A DNA stretch of 32,995 nucleotides from Patescibacteria group bacterium (GTDB lineage: Bacteria > Patescibacteriota > Minisyncoccia > Moranbacterales > UBA1568). The translations under genes and the position numbers were made by a program. Positions 1 through 9,476 of this stretch are shown here, piece by piece; the first letter of the stretch is position 1; each line of letters opens with the position of its first letter. The notes below the pieces were generated by a model that had not been told where the DNA came from, did not search any database, and was given only the letters and a program-made list of their open reading frames with translations. The stretch covers positions 1-32,995 of the forward strand of contig JAUPWI010000029.1 in assembly GCA_030916545.1 (NCBI GenBank), read 5' to 3'.

Positions 1-302
1 ATGAAAAGACGCGTTTATTAATTGAGCGTGGTCGTCGGGCGGTGGAAATTTTGAAACAGCCTCAATATGCACCGCTGCCGGTAGAAAAAGAAGTGGCTAT
101 CTTGTATGCACTTACTCGTGGGCACTTGGATGACGTGAAAATTGACGATTTGGCACGATTCGAAAAGGAATTTGTCGCGTATTTTGAGACAAGCGGCAAG
201 GAAGCGATTGATGGCATCGTGAAGGAGAAGGCTCTGACACCGGAGGTAGAGGAATCACTCAAAAAACATATCGGGGAATTTAAGAAGGGATTTTCGGTCT
301 AG
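1..302 (+). CDS. atpA: F0F1 ATP synthase alpha subunit, C-terminal fragment (5' end lies outside the window)
   Basis: The frame stays open from nt 3. The translation ...EKTRLLIERGRRAVEILKQPQYAPLPVEKEVAILYA... matches the conserved AtpA C-terminal helical domain. It is followed by atpG, as in canonical atp operons. Confidence 0.9.
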   Translation, partial: EKTRLLIERGRRAVEILKQPQYAPLPVEKEVAILYALTRGHLDDVKIDDLARFEKEFVAYFETSGKEAIDGIVKEKALTPEVEESLKKHIGEFKKGFSV

Positions 303-314
303 TATTCTTGAATA

Positions 315-468
315 TCTCCTTGAGAAGACGCAAGAAAACTTTTCCTTGCTGTTCGTCAGAACGAAGGGCATCGGAAAAATTTCCTCTCGCCTTCTCAAGG
401 AGAAACGAGTGAAAGAATCTCTTTCCTTGCTCGTCAGAACGAAGGTATCGGAAGAATCCTTTCTCATT
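315..468 (+). repeat. Structured repeat element in the atpA-atpG spacer: a 13-bp perfect inverted repeat encloses copy 1 of a ~45-nt imperfect direct repeat
   Basis: 315-327 (TCTCCTTGAGAAG) is the exact reverse complement of 391-403. Direct repeat copies lie at ~341-388 and ~422-465 (TTTCCTTGCT(G)TTCGTCAGAACGAAGG..ATCGGAA.AAT..CCT.TC). Copy 1 carries a TTCGT-CAGA-ACGAA hairpin at 352-365; copy 2 carries a shorter TCGT-CAGA-ACGA version. Confidence 0.6.
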
Positions 469-504
469 TGTTCAAAAAGCAGTTGGAATAATCAAAAGCG
501 TTGT

Positions 505-1422
505 ATGGCTTCAATACGAGACATTCGAAGACGTATCAAAGGGGTGAAAGCCACCGGCAAGATTACGCGCGCGATGGAGATGATCTCGGCGGTCAAGATG
601 CGTAAGGCAGTCGCTTCGGTTTTGGCTATTCGACCTTACGCGGAGAATGTTATTCAGGTATTACATCAGTTAGCAGCGGTAGGGGAAGATCATCCGCTTT
701 TGGAAGTACGTCCTGTCAAGAAACAGTTGTACGTTGTTATCACCTCGAATCGTGGATTGTGCGGAGCTTTTAATTCACAGATTGTGAAACGGGTTCGACA
801 GATTCTTCGTGAAGATATCGGTCGACAAGTTGAGTTCATTACGATCGGAAAAAAAGGAGATGCAGCAGTACGACGCTTATTGGCCACCCCAGCCAATGCG
901 GGAGCCGGGAGTGAGATCATCGCTTCATTTCCAGATGTACTCGGAACCCCCTCGGCTGAAGGCATGCGCCCAATCGCAAAAATTCTGATTGAAGCCTTTG
1001 AAAGCAAACGTATTGATCGGGTCGTCATGATCTATACGGATTTTAAATCGATGCTTTCCCAGGAAGTGAAAGTGCGAGCGCTCCTGCCAGTTGTTGAGAA
1101 GGATGTCCAGAAAGCATTGAATGAGATTGAGCATGGCGCGATCAAAGAGCGGGTGATGAGCGCGGAATATGTGATTGAACCATCACCGAAGAAGGTATTG
1201 TGGAAAATGATACCGCGTCTTTTGGAGATGGAGCTTTATCACGCATTGCTTGAAAGTAATGCGTCTCAGGAATCCGCTCGCATGATGGCGATGCGGAGCG
1301 CAACTGATGCAGGCAAGGAAATGGCTGCGAGCCTTACTCTCATGTACAATCAGATTCGTCAGCAGAAGATCACCCAGGAAATCGCCGAACTCTCAGCGGG
1401 TATGGCGGCGGTGTCGAAGTGA
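505..1422 (+). CDS. atpG: F0F1 ATP synthase gamma subunit
   Basis: From the ATG at 505 the protein reads MASIRDIRRRIKGVKATGKITRAMEMISAVKMRKA, the canonical gamma N-terminus. The C-terminus ...ITQEIAELSAG is also conserved. The track ORF start at 346 reads through the repeat spacer and is rejected. Confidence 0.93.
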   Translation: MASIRDIRRRIKGVKATGKITRAMEMISAVKMRKAVASVLAIRPYAENVIQVLHQLAAVGEDHPLLEVRPVKKQLYVVITSNRGLCGAFNSQIVKRVRQILREDIGRQVEFITIGKKGDAAVRRLLATPANAGAGSEIIASFPDVLGTPSAEGMRPIAKILIEAFESKRIDRVVMIYTDFKSMLSQEVKVRALLPVVEKDVQKALNEIEHGAIKERVMSAEYVIEPSPKKVLWKMIPRLLEMELYHALLESNASQESARMMAMRSATDAGKEMAASLTLMYNQIRQQKITQEIAELSAGMAAVSK

Positions 1423-1500
1423 TGAAAAAAAGAGTTTCGAAATGATGATTTGTTTTTCAAGGCATTGAAGGACATGAGTTATTTGGAAAATGAGAGAAAG

Positions 1501-1528
1501 AAAAATCCCGGCACTGGTGTACCGGGGA
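1501..1528 (-). terminator. Intrinsic terminator for the minus-strand membrane ORF
   Basis: Hairpin 1506-1514 / 1519-1527 (TCCCGGCAC..GTACCGGGG, one mismatch, 4-nt loop). On the minus strand it is followed by T5 (complement of A 1501-1505). It lies 23 nt downstream of the stop at 1551. Confidence 0.55.
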
Positions 1529-1550
1529 TACAAAAAAGGGACAATGGGAG

Positions 1551-1949
1551 TTACACGGAAGCTATATGCAACCCCGAGCCAAATAGGATGGTAATGCCCA
1601 TCATTGTGTAGGCGGTGCGCGGGAGCACGCCGGATATGGAAAAATACGGCTGTCCGTCCCGTGTCCGCCACATGGCGATGAGAAAGCCCATGTGGGCGAT
1701 CATCAGGAAGAACCCAATGGCCATGATGACAGTCATGATGGCGCCGTCGAAGACGTTGGCGCTTTCGGGCTGGAAATAATCATGACATACGAGCGCCGCG
1801 AAAGCCGACCAAAGGAGAAGCGTTCCAGTGTATGACTCATACCTTCTCTTGGGAGAGCGTCTTTCTTCCAGTGCTTCACGTTGGCACATGCATATGAACA
1901 TGATGCCTGCAAAGCATATTGCAGCAAGAATTATGTATCGTTCGAACAT
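1551..1949 (-). CDS. Hypothetical integral membrane protein (~132 aa, about 4 hydrophobic segments)
   Basis: The ATG at 1949 is preceded on the minus strand by AAGGAGG plus an 8-nt spacer. The sequence is hydrophobic throughout (MFERYIILAAICFAGIMFICM..., ...AIMTVIMAIGFFLMIAHMGFLIAMW...). I recognise no family. Confidence 0.6.
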   Translation of the reverse strand: MFERYIILAAICFAGIMFICMCQREALEERRSPKRRYESYTGTLLLWSAFAALVCHDYFQPESANVFDGAIMTVIMAIGFFLMIAHMGFLIAMWRTRDGQPYFSISGVLPRTAYTMMGITILFGSGLHIASV

Positions 1950-2154
1950 GAAGTGAACCTCCTTGGACTTGTTAAAAAGCTGGAAATACCGAGTTGTCTG
2001 TAAGGTGATTACAAACATTATATTATAGCATTAATTTAAAAATGAGTCAATATTATACTTAATAAAGTGCTTTTTAAAGCCTCAAATCGGTTCATGAGTC
2101 AGCGGGTGAACGAGTGTGATATTCGTTCAGAGGCACACTTATTAACTGAATTAA

Positions 2155-3555
<1,401 letters not shown>

Positions 3556-3565
3556 GCACGGAATT

Positions 3566-4006
3566 ATGTCTATCAAATTTAAAATTGTCACTCCCGAAAA
3601 GACTGTGTCTGAGGAAGAAATTTATCAGGCAACCCTTCCTATTGAGGGTGGCGAGGTGACATTACTTCCCGACCATATGCCCTATATCGGTTCGCTTCAG
3701 GCTGGAGAAATTTTGTTGCGTCATGAAATGAATGGAGAAGAGACGCTCTTGGCTACTTCGGGTGGTTTCGTTGAATTTCATGATAATACCTTGGTGGTCT
3801 TAGCAGATACGGCTGAGCGAGCAGCAGATATTGATTTAGCTCGGGCGGAAGAGGCAGAGAAGCGAGCGCAGGCTCTTATGGCAGAGCGTGTGCATGTGGA
3901 TGATGAAGAATATGCTCGTGTGGCGGCCGCGCTGCAAAAAGAAATGGCTCGTGTTCGAGTGGCACGCAAACACCATAGCTCTGGGGGGCAGATGCAGAAC
4001 CTTTAA
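3566..4006 (+). CDS. atpC: F0F1 ATP synthase epsilon subunit
   Basis: From the ATG at 3566: MSIKFKIVTPEKTVSEEEIYQATLPIEGGEVTLLPDHMPYIGSLQAGEI... This is the typical epsilon beta-sandwich followed by a helical C-terminus, directly after atpD. Confidence 0.9.
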   Translation: MSIKFKIVTPEKTVSEEEIYQATLPIEGGEVTLLPDHMPYIGSLQAGEILLRHEMNGEETLLATSGGFVEFHDNTLVVLADTAERAADIDLARAEEAEKRAQALMAERVHVDDEEYARVAAALQKEMARVRVARKHHSSGGQMQNL

Positions 4007-4221
4007 GTAATTGTCTCGATTCTCATGTCGAGATGAAATCTGAAAATTTCGACCGCAACCCCTCCAAGTCTTGTCGGGTTACGCCCATAGCCCTTCCATG
4101 CCAGAGGCAGATAATCTCAGCTTTCAGTGTTTTTGCTCGAAATTTTTAGATTTAAGCCGACAAGCAATATCTTAAGCTTTACCTGTGCGGTGAGCATTAG
4201 GACAGTTACTCAGTCCTTCCC

Positions 4222-4250
4222 TTGCTTTTTTCTGCATCACGTGCTATTCT
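4222..4250 (+). promoter_or_regulatory. Candidate sigma70-type promoter for the rpsF-ssb-rpsR operon
   Basis: TTGCTT (4222-4227), 17-nt spacer, TATTCT (4245-4250). This would give a ~140-nt leader before rpsF. Confidence 0.3.
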
Positions 4251-4282
4251 TTTCTCACAACTGAGAAAGTCCGACGTGGTTC

Positions 4283-4351
4283 CCGCCTGGTCTCCGAGAG
4301 ATTGGGATTAGGAATCACATTACTCTGTCCCGAGACTTTCTTTGTTGGCGG
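4283..4351 (+). promoter_or_regulatory. Imperfect ~70-nt hairpin in the rpsF 5' leader, a possible S6:S18 autoregulatory leader
   Basis: CCGCC 4283-4287 pairs with GGCGG 4347-4351, and GTCTC 4290-4294 pairs with GAGAC 4332-4336. An internal loop contains CCG. The position immediately upstream of rpsF matches where the described S6:S18-binding leader sits. No covariance model was run. Confidence 0.3.
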
Positions 4352-4398
4352 AGTTTTTTGTGTCGTTAAGCAGTTTTATTTCATTAAAGGAAAACAGT

Positions 4399-4908
4399 AT
4401 GGCTCTGGAATACGAGTTGTTTTATCTGGTTGGGGAGAAGAAGGAAGCAGAACTTCCACAAATCAAAGAGACCGTTGCAAAACTGGTTACTGATTTTGGA
4501 GGAACATTTTTGGCTCCAGCGACTGAAGAAAGTCGAAAATTGGCGTATGAAATTCAGGGTGAAATCCGCGGGACTTATATTGCTCGTCGCTTTACTCTGC
4601 CTGATCGAGATGAAGTAGAGCGTGGTGTGGATGAAGTGCATCCTTTGAAGAGTATTGAGCGAGGGCTGATGCTTTCTAAGGAAGTGCTGAGATTTATTAT
4701 TTTGCGTGCTGATGACTTGCCAGAGCTGAAGGCGATTGAGCGTGAAGAGAAACCGATGACGGACAAGAAACTGGGTCGTGGTGAGCGTTATCGAAGTGCG
4801 GTGAGAACCGTGAAAGATACGCCGGTGATTCAGGCTAAGCCAACACCAGCCGCACAGGCGGTTTCTGAGAAAGATATTGATCAGCAGCTGGAATCATTGG
4901 GCATATAA
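4399..4908 (+). CDS. rpsF: 30S ribosomal protein S6, with a ~70-aa charged C-terminal extension
   Basis: From the ATG at 4399: MALEYELFYLVGEKKE...RKLAYEIQGEIRGTYIARRF, the S6 fold signature. Canonical rpsF-ssb-rpsR synteny. Confidence 0.9.
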   Translation: MALEYELFYLVGEKKEAELPQIKETVAKLVTDFGGTFLAPATEESRKLAYEIQGEIRGTYIARRFTLPDRDEVERGVDEVHPLKSIERGLMLSKEVLRFIILRADDLPELKAIEREEKPMTDKKLGRGERYRSAVRTVKDTPVIQAKPTPAAQAVSEKDIDQQLESLGI

Positions 4909-4953
4909 GAGAGTGATGTCGAGAGGATCAGGATCTATAAAAACAATAAATCT

Positions 4954-5457
4954 ATGAACGTCAACAAAGTTATTCTCGTCGGTCGTCTGACTCGTGATCC
5001 AGATATGAGAACTACTCCGACAGGACAATCTGTCGCGACAATCGGAATGGCCACCAACAATCATTGGACCGATAAATCTGGTCAAAAACAAGAGAAAACA
5101 GAGTTTCATACCGTGGTACTGTGGGGGAGATTAGCAGAGATTGCTGGACAGTATCTGACGAAGGGACAGGAGTGTTTTGTTGAAGGACGTCTTCAAAGTC
5201 GAAACTACACTGACAAGGCGGGACAGGAGCGGAAAACGACAGAGATTATCGGTGAGACGATGCAGCTTGGCTCTCGAGCTCAGGGCGGGGGTGGACAGGG
5301 GAATGGAGGATATCAGTCATCAACGAATGCTTCACGGCCAGCCACGACACCACAGCGTCCCGTTTCTCAATCATCTGCTCCAATGATGGAAGAAGAGATT
5401 CCAACCATAAACCTCGACGATGAGAAGGAAATTCGTATTGAAGATGTTCCTTTTTAA
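4954..5457 (+). CDS. ssb: Single-stranded DNA-binding protein
   Basis: MNVNKVILVGRLTRDPDMRTTPTGQSVATIGMATN...FHTVVLWGRLAE is an OB fold. It has a G/Q-rich linker and the acidic tail ...EDVPF. Confidence 0.93.
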   Translation: MNVNKVILVGRLTRDPDMRTTPTGQSVATIGMATNNHWTDKSGQKQEKTEFHTVVLWGRLAEIAGQYLTKGQECFVEGRLQSRNYTDKAGQERKTTEIIGETMQLGSRAQGGGGQGNGGYQSSTNASRPATTPQRPVSQSSAPMMEEEIPTINLDDEKEIRIEDVPF

Positions 5458-5533
5458 ACCAAAGAGTTGAAGAGGTGCCAAGATACGAGAAGAGAGAATG
5501 ACACATTAAATCACCAGAGAATATTTTATATTT

Positions 5534-5734
5534 ATGACACTAGAAACCAAGCAGTTAAAGAAGCTCGCGCTCATTGATTACAAAGATGCCTATTTTCTTC
5601 GGAAGTTTATGAACTCACAGGGGAAAATGTATCCACCGAAAAAGCATGGGTTGTCCGCGAAACAGCAGCGCCGTCTTGCTCAAGCAGTGAAGCGGGCTCG
5701 TTTTATGGCTCTTGTTCCATACGTTGTTAAATAA
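5534..5734 (+). CDS. rpsR: 30S ribosomal protein S18
   Basis: ...IDYKDAYFLRKFMNSQGKMYPPKKHGLSAKQQRRLAQAVKRARFMALVPY is the conserved S18 core. Confidence 0.93.
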   Translation: MTLETKQLKKLALIDYKDAYFLRKFMNSQGKMYPPKKHGLSAKQQRRLAQAVKRARFMALVPYVVK

Positions 5735-5783
5735 AAAAACTGAAGAGGGACTCTTGGGAGTTTTTTTATCAGTGTCTTTTCTT

Positions 5784-6341
5784 ATGTTGAATTTGACCGA
5801 AATCAAAACGGGCAAGCGGATTCTTTTTAATGAAGAACCGTACGTAGTGCTTGATTATCAGCATTCAAAGATGGGTCGAGCCGGAGCAGTGCTTCGTACG
5901 AAACTCAAAAATCTTCTTTCTGGCTCAACAATTGACCATACCTTTCAGGGTGCGGATAAGGTAGACGAAGCAGAAATGGGGAGAGAAAAAGCGCAGTATC
6001 TCTATCGTGAGAGCGACGGATTCGCGTTCATGGATATGTCGAGTTACGATCAGTTCTCGTTGCCGACCGACGTGATCGGTGCGTCGGCGTCGTATCTGAT
6101 CGAGGGGGTCGAGGTGACTCTTCTGACATGGAATGGCACGCCGATCAATATCGAGATTCCGGTCAAGGTGACACTCAAAGTGGTTGATGCCCCTCCGGGC
6201 ATCAAGGGGGATACCGCTTCGGGGGGAGACAAGATGGTGACTCTGGAAACAGGTCTTCAGGTGACGACGCCCTTGTTCGTCAAGGAAGGCGATTTGATCA
6301 TCGTGAATACCGAGAAGGGGACATACGTTTCCCGTGCTTAG
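5784..6341 (+). CDS. efp: Translation elongation factor P
   Basis: From the ATG at 5784: MLNLTEIKTGKRILFNEEPYVVLDYQHSKMGRAGAVLRTKLKNLLSG... This contains the KOW-like domain I, including the loop that normally carries the modified Lys/Arg. 185 aa. Confidence 0.93.
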   Translation: MLNLTEIKTGKRILFNEEPYVVLDYQHSKMGRAGAVLRTKLKNLLSGSTIDHTFQGADKVDEAEMGREKAQYLYRESDGFAFMDMSSYDQFSLPTDVIGASASYLIEGVEVTLLTWNGTPINIEIPVKVTLKVVDAPPGIKGDTASGGDKMVTLETGLQVTTPLFVKEGDLIIVNTEKGTYVSRA

Positions 6342-6438
6342 ATCTCTGATTTCCGATGTGGAACGTGTCGGGACTTCCCGGGCTGTCTGCGGAGGAGCAG
6401 AACGCCTTTTCTATCGGAAAAAAGGCAGCAAATCGTCG

Positions 6439-6467
6439 TTGCGTTTCTGCTTCGGAAAGGCTATAAT
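6439..6467 (+). promoter_or_regulatory. Candidate sigma70-type promoter upstream of the 4-TM ORF and gyrB
   Basis: TTGCGT (6439-6444), 17-nt spacer, TATAAT (6462-6467). Confidence 0.45.
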
Positions 6468-6498
6468 AGACAGGGAAAGGCTTTAAAAAAGAAGAATT

Positions 6499-6885
6499 AT
6501 GTCGTTCCCCGCATTTGCCTGGAGCGTACGTTTTTTTTCCTTGGTAGCTGCCCTCGGACTGATGAGTCTGGTTTTGGGAGTGAATCCGGAAGAGAAACCT
6601 TGGGCGCAAGCGCTTTTTTTCGTTTCATTTTTTTTGGCGATGTCCGGCGGGGCTGCGTGGGGTTTGCTGGCATCTTATCGACGTCATGCGGACAAAACCG
6701 GAGCGTGGCGATATCGGCGGCTTCTGGAGCAGGCGTTCCTTTTTGGTGGTCTGTGCACCTCGCTCCTGTTGCTTGGATATTTTCGGGCGTTCGTCTGGTG
6801 GACAGCCGGATTAGTTCTCGTATTTTTCTTCTTGATTGAGCTTTCGTGTCGGCAGAGCCTGAAGAGGAAACAGCATATCACCTAA
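6499..6885 (+). CDS. Hypothetical membrane protein (128 aa, ~4 TM)
   Basis: The ORF has four hydrophobic stretches separated by R/K-rich loops (..SYRRHADKTGAWRYRR..). It sits 10 nt upstream of gyrB. No family recognised. Confidence 0.55.
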   Translation: MSFPAFAWSVRFFSLVAALGLMSLVLGVNPEEKPWAQALFFVSFFLAMSGGAAWGLLASYRRHADKTGAWRYRRLLEQAFLFGGLCTSLLLLGYFRAFVWWTAGLVLVFFFLIELSCRQSLKRKQHIT

Positions 6886-6895
6886 TGATTTTTTT

Positions 6896-8953
6896 ATGGC
6901 AGACAAAAATACCGGTTCCAGTTACGGTGCGAAATCGATTCAGGTCCTCGAAGGACTCGATCCGGTGCGGAAGCGCCCGGGTATGTATATCGGAGGTACT
7001 TCCGTCGAAGGATTGCATCATCTCGTTTGGGAAGTGGTGAACAACTCGATCGATGAAGCGATGGCGGGATATTGTACGGAGATCAATGTCCGTCTGCTGC
7101 CTGAATCTTGGGTTGAGATTTCCGATAATGGGCGCGGAATTCCGGTCGATATGCATGAGCAGACCAAGAAATCGGCCCTGGAGACGGTGTTGACCGTGCT
7201 TCATGCGGGCGGAAAATTCGATGGAGACGGATACAAGATTTCCGGCGGTCTTCACGGAGTCGGTGTTTCGGTCGTGAACGCCCTGTCGGTCGTGACCCGC
7301 GTGACGGTCGAACGGCAGGGGAAGATCTGGCGGCAGGAGTATGATCGCGGCAAGCCGCGATACGATGTCAAGGCAATCGGAAAATCCGATCGGACAGGAA
7401 CGACGGTCGCATTTCAAGCCGATCCGGAGATTTTTCCCGAGATAGAATATAGCTGGTCGAAAATCCTCGACTATCTCCGCTATCAGTCATTCCTGACCAA
7501 GGGCATCCGTATCAACGCTGAGGATTGGCGTGAGTCATCCGGTGCCGAAGAAGACTACAAGGTACGCCGGCATTCGTTCTATTTCGATTCCGGAATCGTC
7601 TCTTTCGTGAAGTTCCTCAATCGGAACAAGGAGGTGAAAAACGCCACGCCTTTCTATATCGAGAAGACCATGGACGATATCAACGTCGAGGTTTCACTCC
7701 AATTCACGAATGGTTTCAAGGAACACCTGTTCGCGTTTGCTAACAATATCGTCAATCTGGGGGGCGGAACGCATGTGACCGGATTCAAGATGGCCTTGAC
7801 CCGGGCTTTCAACGACTATGCCAAGAAGAACAATCTGATTCGTGAGAAAGAGGGGGTATTTACGGCGGATGATCTGAAAGAAGGCCTGACGGCGGTCATT
7901 TCGGTCAAGTTACATAATCCGCAGTTCGAGGGACAGACGAAAGACAAGCTGAATAACAGCGAGGTCCGTGGAGCCGTGCAGCAGGTGGTGGCTGAGGGGC
8001 TGAACGATTTCCTGGAGACGCACCCGGCCGATGCCAAGCTCATGATCGAAAAATGTCTTCTGACGGTACGGGCGCGCATCGCTGCCCGGGCAGCCAAGGA
8101 CGCGGTCATCCGGAAAGGCGCGCTCGAGGGAATGACGCTTCCAGGGAAGCTCGCTGACTGTACGACCCGGGATGCCTCCAAATCCGAAGTCTATATCGTC
8201 GAGGGCGATTCGGCTGGCGGATCAGCCAAGCAGGGTCGCAATCGCCAGTTCCAGGCTATCCTGCCGTTGCGGGGAAAGTTGGTGAACGTGGAGAAAACCA
8301 CGCTCGATAAGGTGGTAAAATCCGATACGCTCAAGCCAATCATCATCGCTCTCGGGACGGGTATCGGGGAGACCTTCGATCTCTCGCGTCTCCGGTACCA
8401 CAAGGTGATCATCATGGCTGATGCCGATGTCGACGGATCGCATATCCGGACCTTGCTTCTCACGTTCTTCTATCGTTATTTCGAGGAGCTGGTCCGTGGT
8501 GGATACGTCTATATCGCCCAGCCGCCATTGTATCGTCTGCAGAAGGGGAAGGATGTCCGCTACGTGTATACCGATGATGAAAAGGAGCGGGTCATGGAAG
8601 ATATGAAGAAGTCGGCTCTGGACAAGGCTGCCAAACGCGCGGAAGCCAAGGGGAAGACGAAGGCGGCCGCGGCCACCGTCGAGACCGAAGAGGTGGTGGA
8701 AGCCACCGGTACGGATGGTGAGGTGATAGCCTCGGGTATCGCCATACAGCGCTACAAGGGTCTCGGGGAAATGAATCCCGAACAGCTCTGGGAAACGACG
8801 ATGAATCCGGATAGCCGCCTGATGCTCCAGGTGACGATCGAGGATGCCGAAGAGGCCGATCGTCTGTTTGATGTGCTCATGGGGAGCGAGGTTGAACCAC
8901 GCCGCCGATTCATCCAGGCTCACGCGAAGAATGTGAAGAACCAGGACGTGTAG
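6896..8953 (+). CDS. gyrB: DNA gyrase subunit B
   Basis: GHKL ATPase motifs are present (LEGLDPVRKRPGMYIGG, HHLVWEVVNNSIDEA, GGLHGVG). So are Toprim EVYIVEGDSAGGSAKQGR / IMADADVDGSHI and the tail YKGLGEMNPEQLWETTM. Confidence 0.97.
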   Translation: MADKNTGSSYGAKSIQVLEGLDPVRKRPGMYIGGTSVEGLHHLVWEVVNNSIDEAMAGYCTEINVRLLPESWVEISDNGRGIPVDMHEQTKKSALETVLTVLHAGGKFDGDGYKISGGLHGVGVSVVNALSVVTRVTVERQGKIWRQEYDRGKPRYDVKAIGKSDRTGTTVAFQADPEIFPEIEYSWSKILDYLRYQSFLTKGIRINAEDWRESSGAEEDYKVRRHSFYFDSGIVSFVKFLNRNKEVKNATPFYIEKTMDDINVEVSLQFTNGFKEHLFAFANNIVNLGGGTHVTGFKMALTRAFNDYAKKNNLIREKEGVFTADDLKEGLTAVISVKLHNPQFEGQTKDKLNNSEVRGAVQQVVAEGLNDFLETHPADAKLMIEKCLLTVRARIAARAAKDAVIRKGALEGMTLPGKLADCTTRDASKSEVYIVEGDSAGGSAKQGRNRQFQAILPLRGKLVNVEKTTLDKVVKSDTLKPIIIALGTGIGETFDLSRLRYHKVIIMADADVDGSHIRTLLLTFFYRYFEELVRGGYVYIAQPPLYRLQKGKDVRYVYTDDEKERVMEDMKKSALDKAAKRAEAKGKTKAAAATVETEEVVEATGTDGEVIASGIAIQRYKGLGEMNPEQLWETTMNPDSRLMLQVTIEDAEEADRLFDVLMGSEVEPRRRFIQAHAKNVKNQDV

Positions 8954-9104
8954 GTGAAGGAGGCCGACGGCATTTTTGCTTCCTGGGTTCACGGTACGGT
9001 ATCGCGACGAATCGTGTGGTTGGATATTCCCTGGTTGACGGAATGGTCCCGGAATGATAGGGTGGGGTTACTCTTTTTGCTGCTCTTTGAGCTGTTTTTG
9101 ACCT

Positions 9105-9431
9105 ATGCCGCTTCCTCTGGAACAATTGGAGCCGCTTGCGCGCTGTCCGGTGTGCAACAAGAAGCATCGTCGAGGATTGCGGATGCTTCCGGTGGCCGAA
9201 GAAGAGAAGCGGACGATGCTGCATCTGACCTGTGAGCACTGCGGCGGCAAGACGCTGGTCGCTATATCCGCGACGCCGTTTGGGATGGTCAGTCTCGGTG
9301 TCTTGACGGATCTTGACCAATCCGAAGCGAAGCAAGCGCTTTCCGCGGAGCCGATCTCGGCGGACCAGGTCATCGCCGCACATCAGTTTTTCAAACAGTA
9401 TCAGGGCGGTGTCGAGGAATTGATCGGGTAG
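9105..9431 (+). CDS. Hypothetical small protein with a CxxC...CxxC zinc-ribbon-like N-terminus
   Basis: 108-aa ORF with CPVCNKK (aa 14-17) and CEHCGGK (aa 43-46). There is no obvious SD. It competes with the overlapping ORF 8954-9235, which looks less protein-like. Confidence 0.45.
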   Translation: MPLPLEQLEPLARCPVCNKKHRRGLRMLPVAEEEKRTMLHLTCEHCGGKTLVAISATPFGMVSLGVLTDLDQSEAKQALSAEPISADQVIAAHQFFKQYQGGVEELIG

Positions 9432-9476
9432 GAGGAAGGTGTTCTCTATTATAAATAATCGTTTGGAAATAACCGT

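Noticed and set aside
346-504. N-terminal 53-aa extension of the atpG ORF in the supplied track (MLFVRTKGIGKISS...).
   Set aside because: It reads through the duplicated structured spacer, so the repeated peptide-like sequence is an artefact of the DNA repeat. The canonical gamma N-terminus MASIRDIRRRI starts at the ATG at 505.
4263-4275. GAGAAAGTCCGAC on the + strand resembles the RNase P RNA CR-I motif (GAGGAAAGUCCGG). A CCAUAG/UGCCAG-like stretch at 4084-4105 also recalls the P7-P9 region.
   Set aside because: The geometry does not fit. The CR-I-like motif lies ~255 nt into the spacer, so a + strand RNase P RNA would run ~200 nt into the rpsF CDS. No ACAGAA..GGCUUA-type CR-V partner is present downstream. 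The minus-strand reading has the motifs in the wrong order. Only a covariance-model search could rescue this call.
8222-8992. 256-aa minus-strand ORF.
   Set aside because: Antisense shadow of gyrB. No recognisable motifs.
8954-9235. 93-aa GTG-initiated ORF directly after gyrB.
   Set aside because: It overlaps the Zn-ribbon ORF (9105-9431) in another frame and looks less protein-like. Neither frame can be proven without comparative data, so only the CxxC-containing frame was listed, at low confidence.
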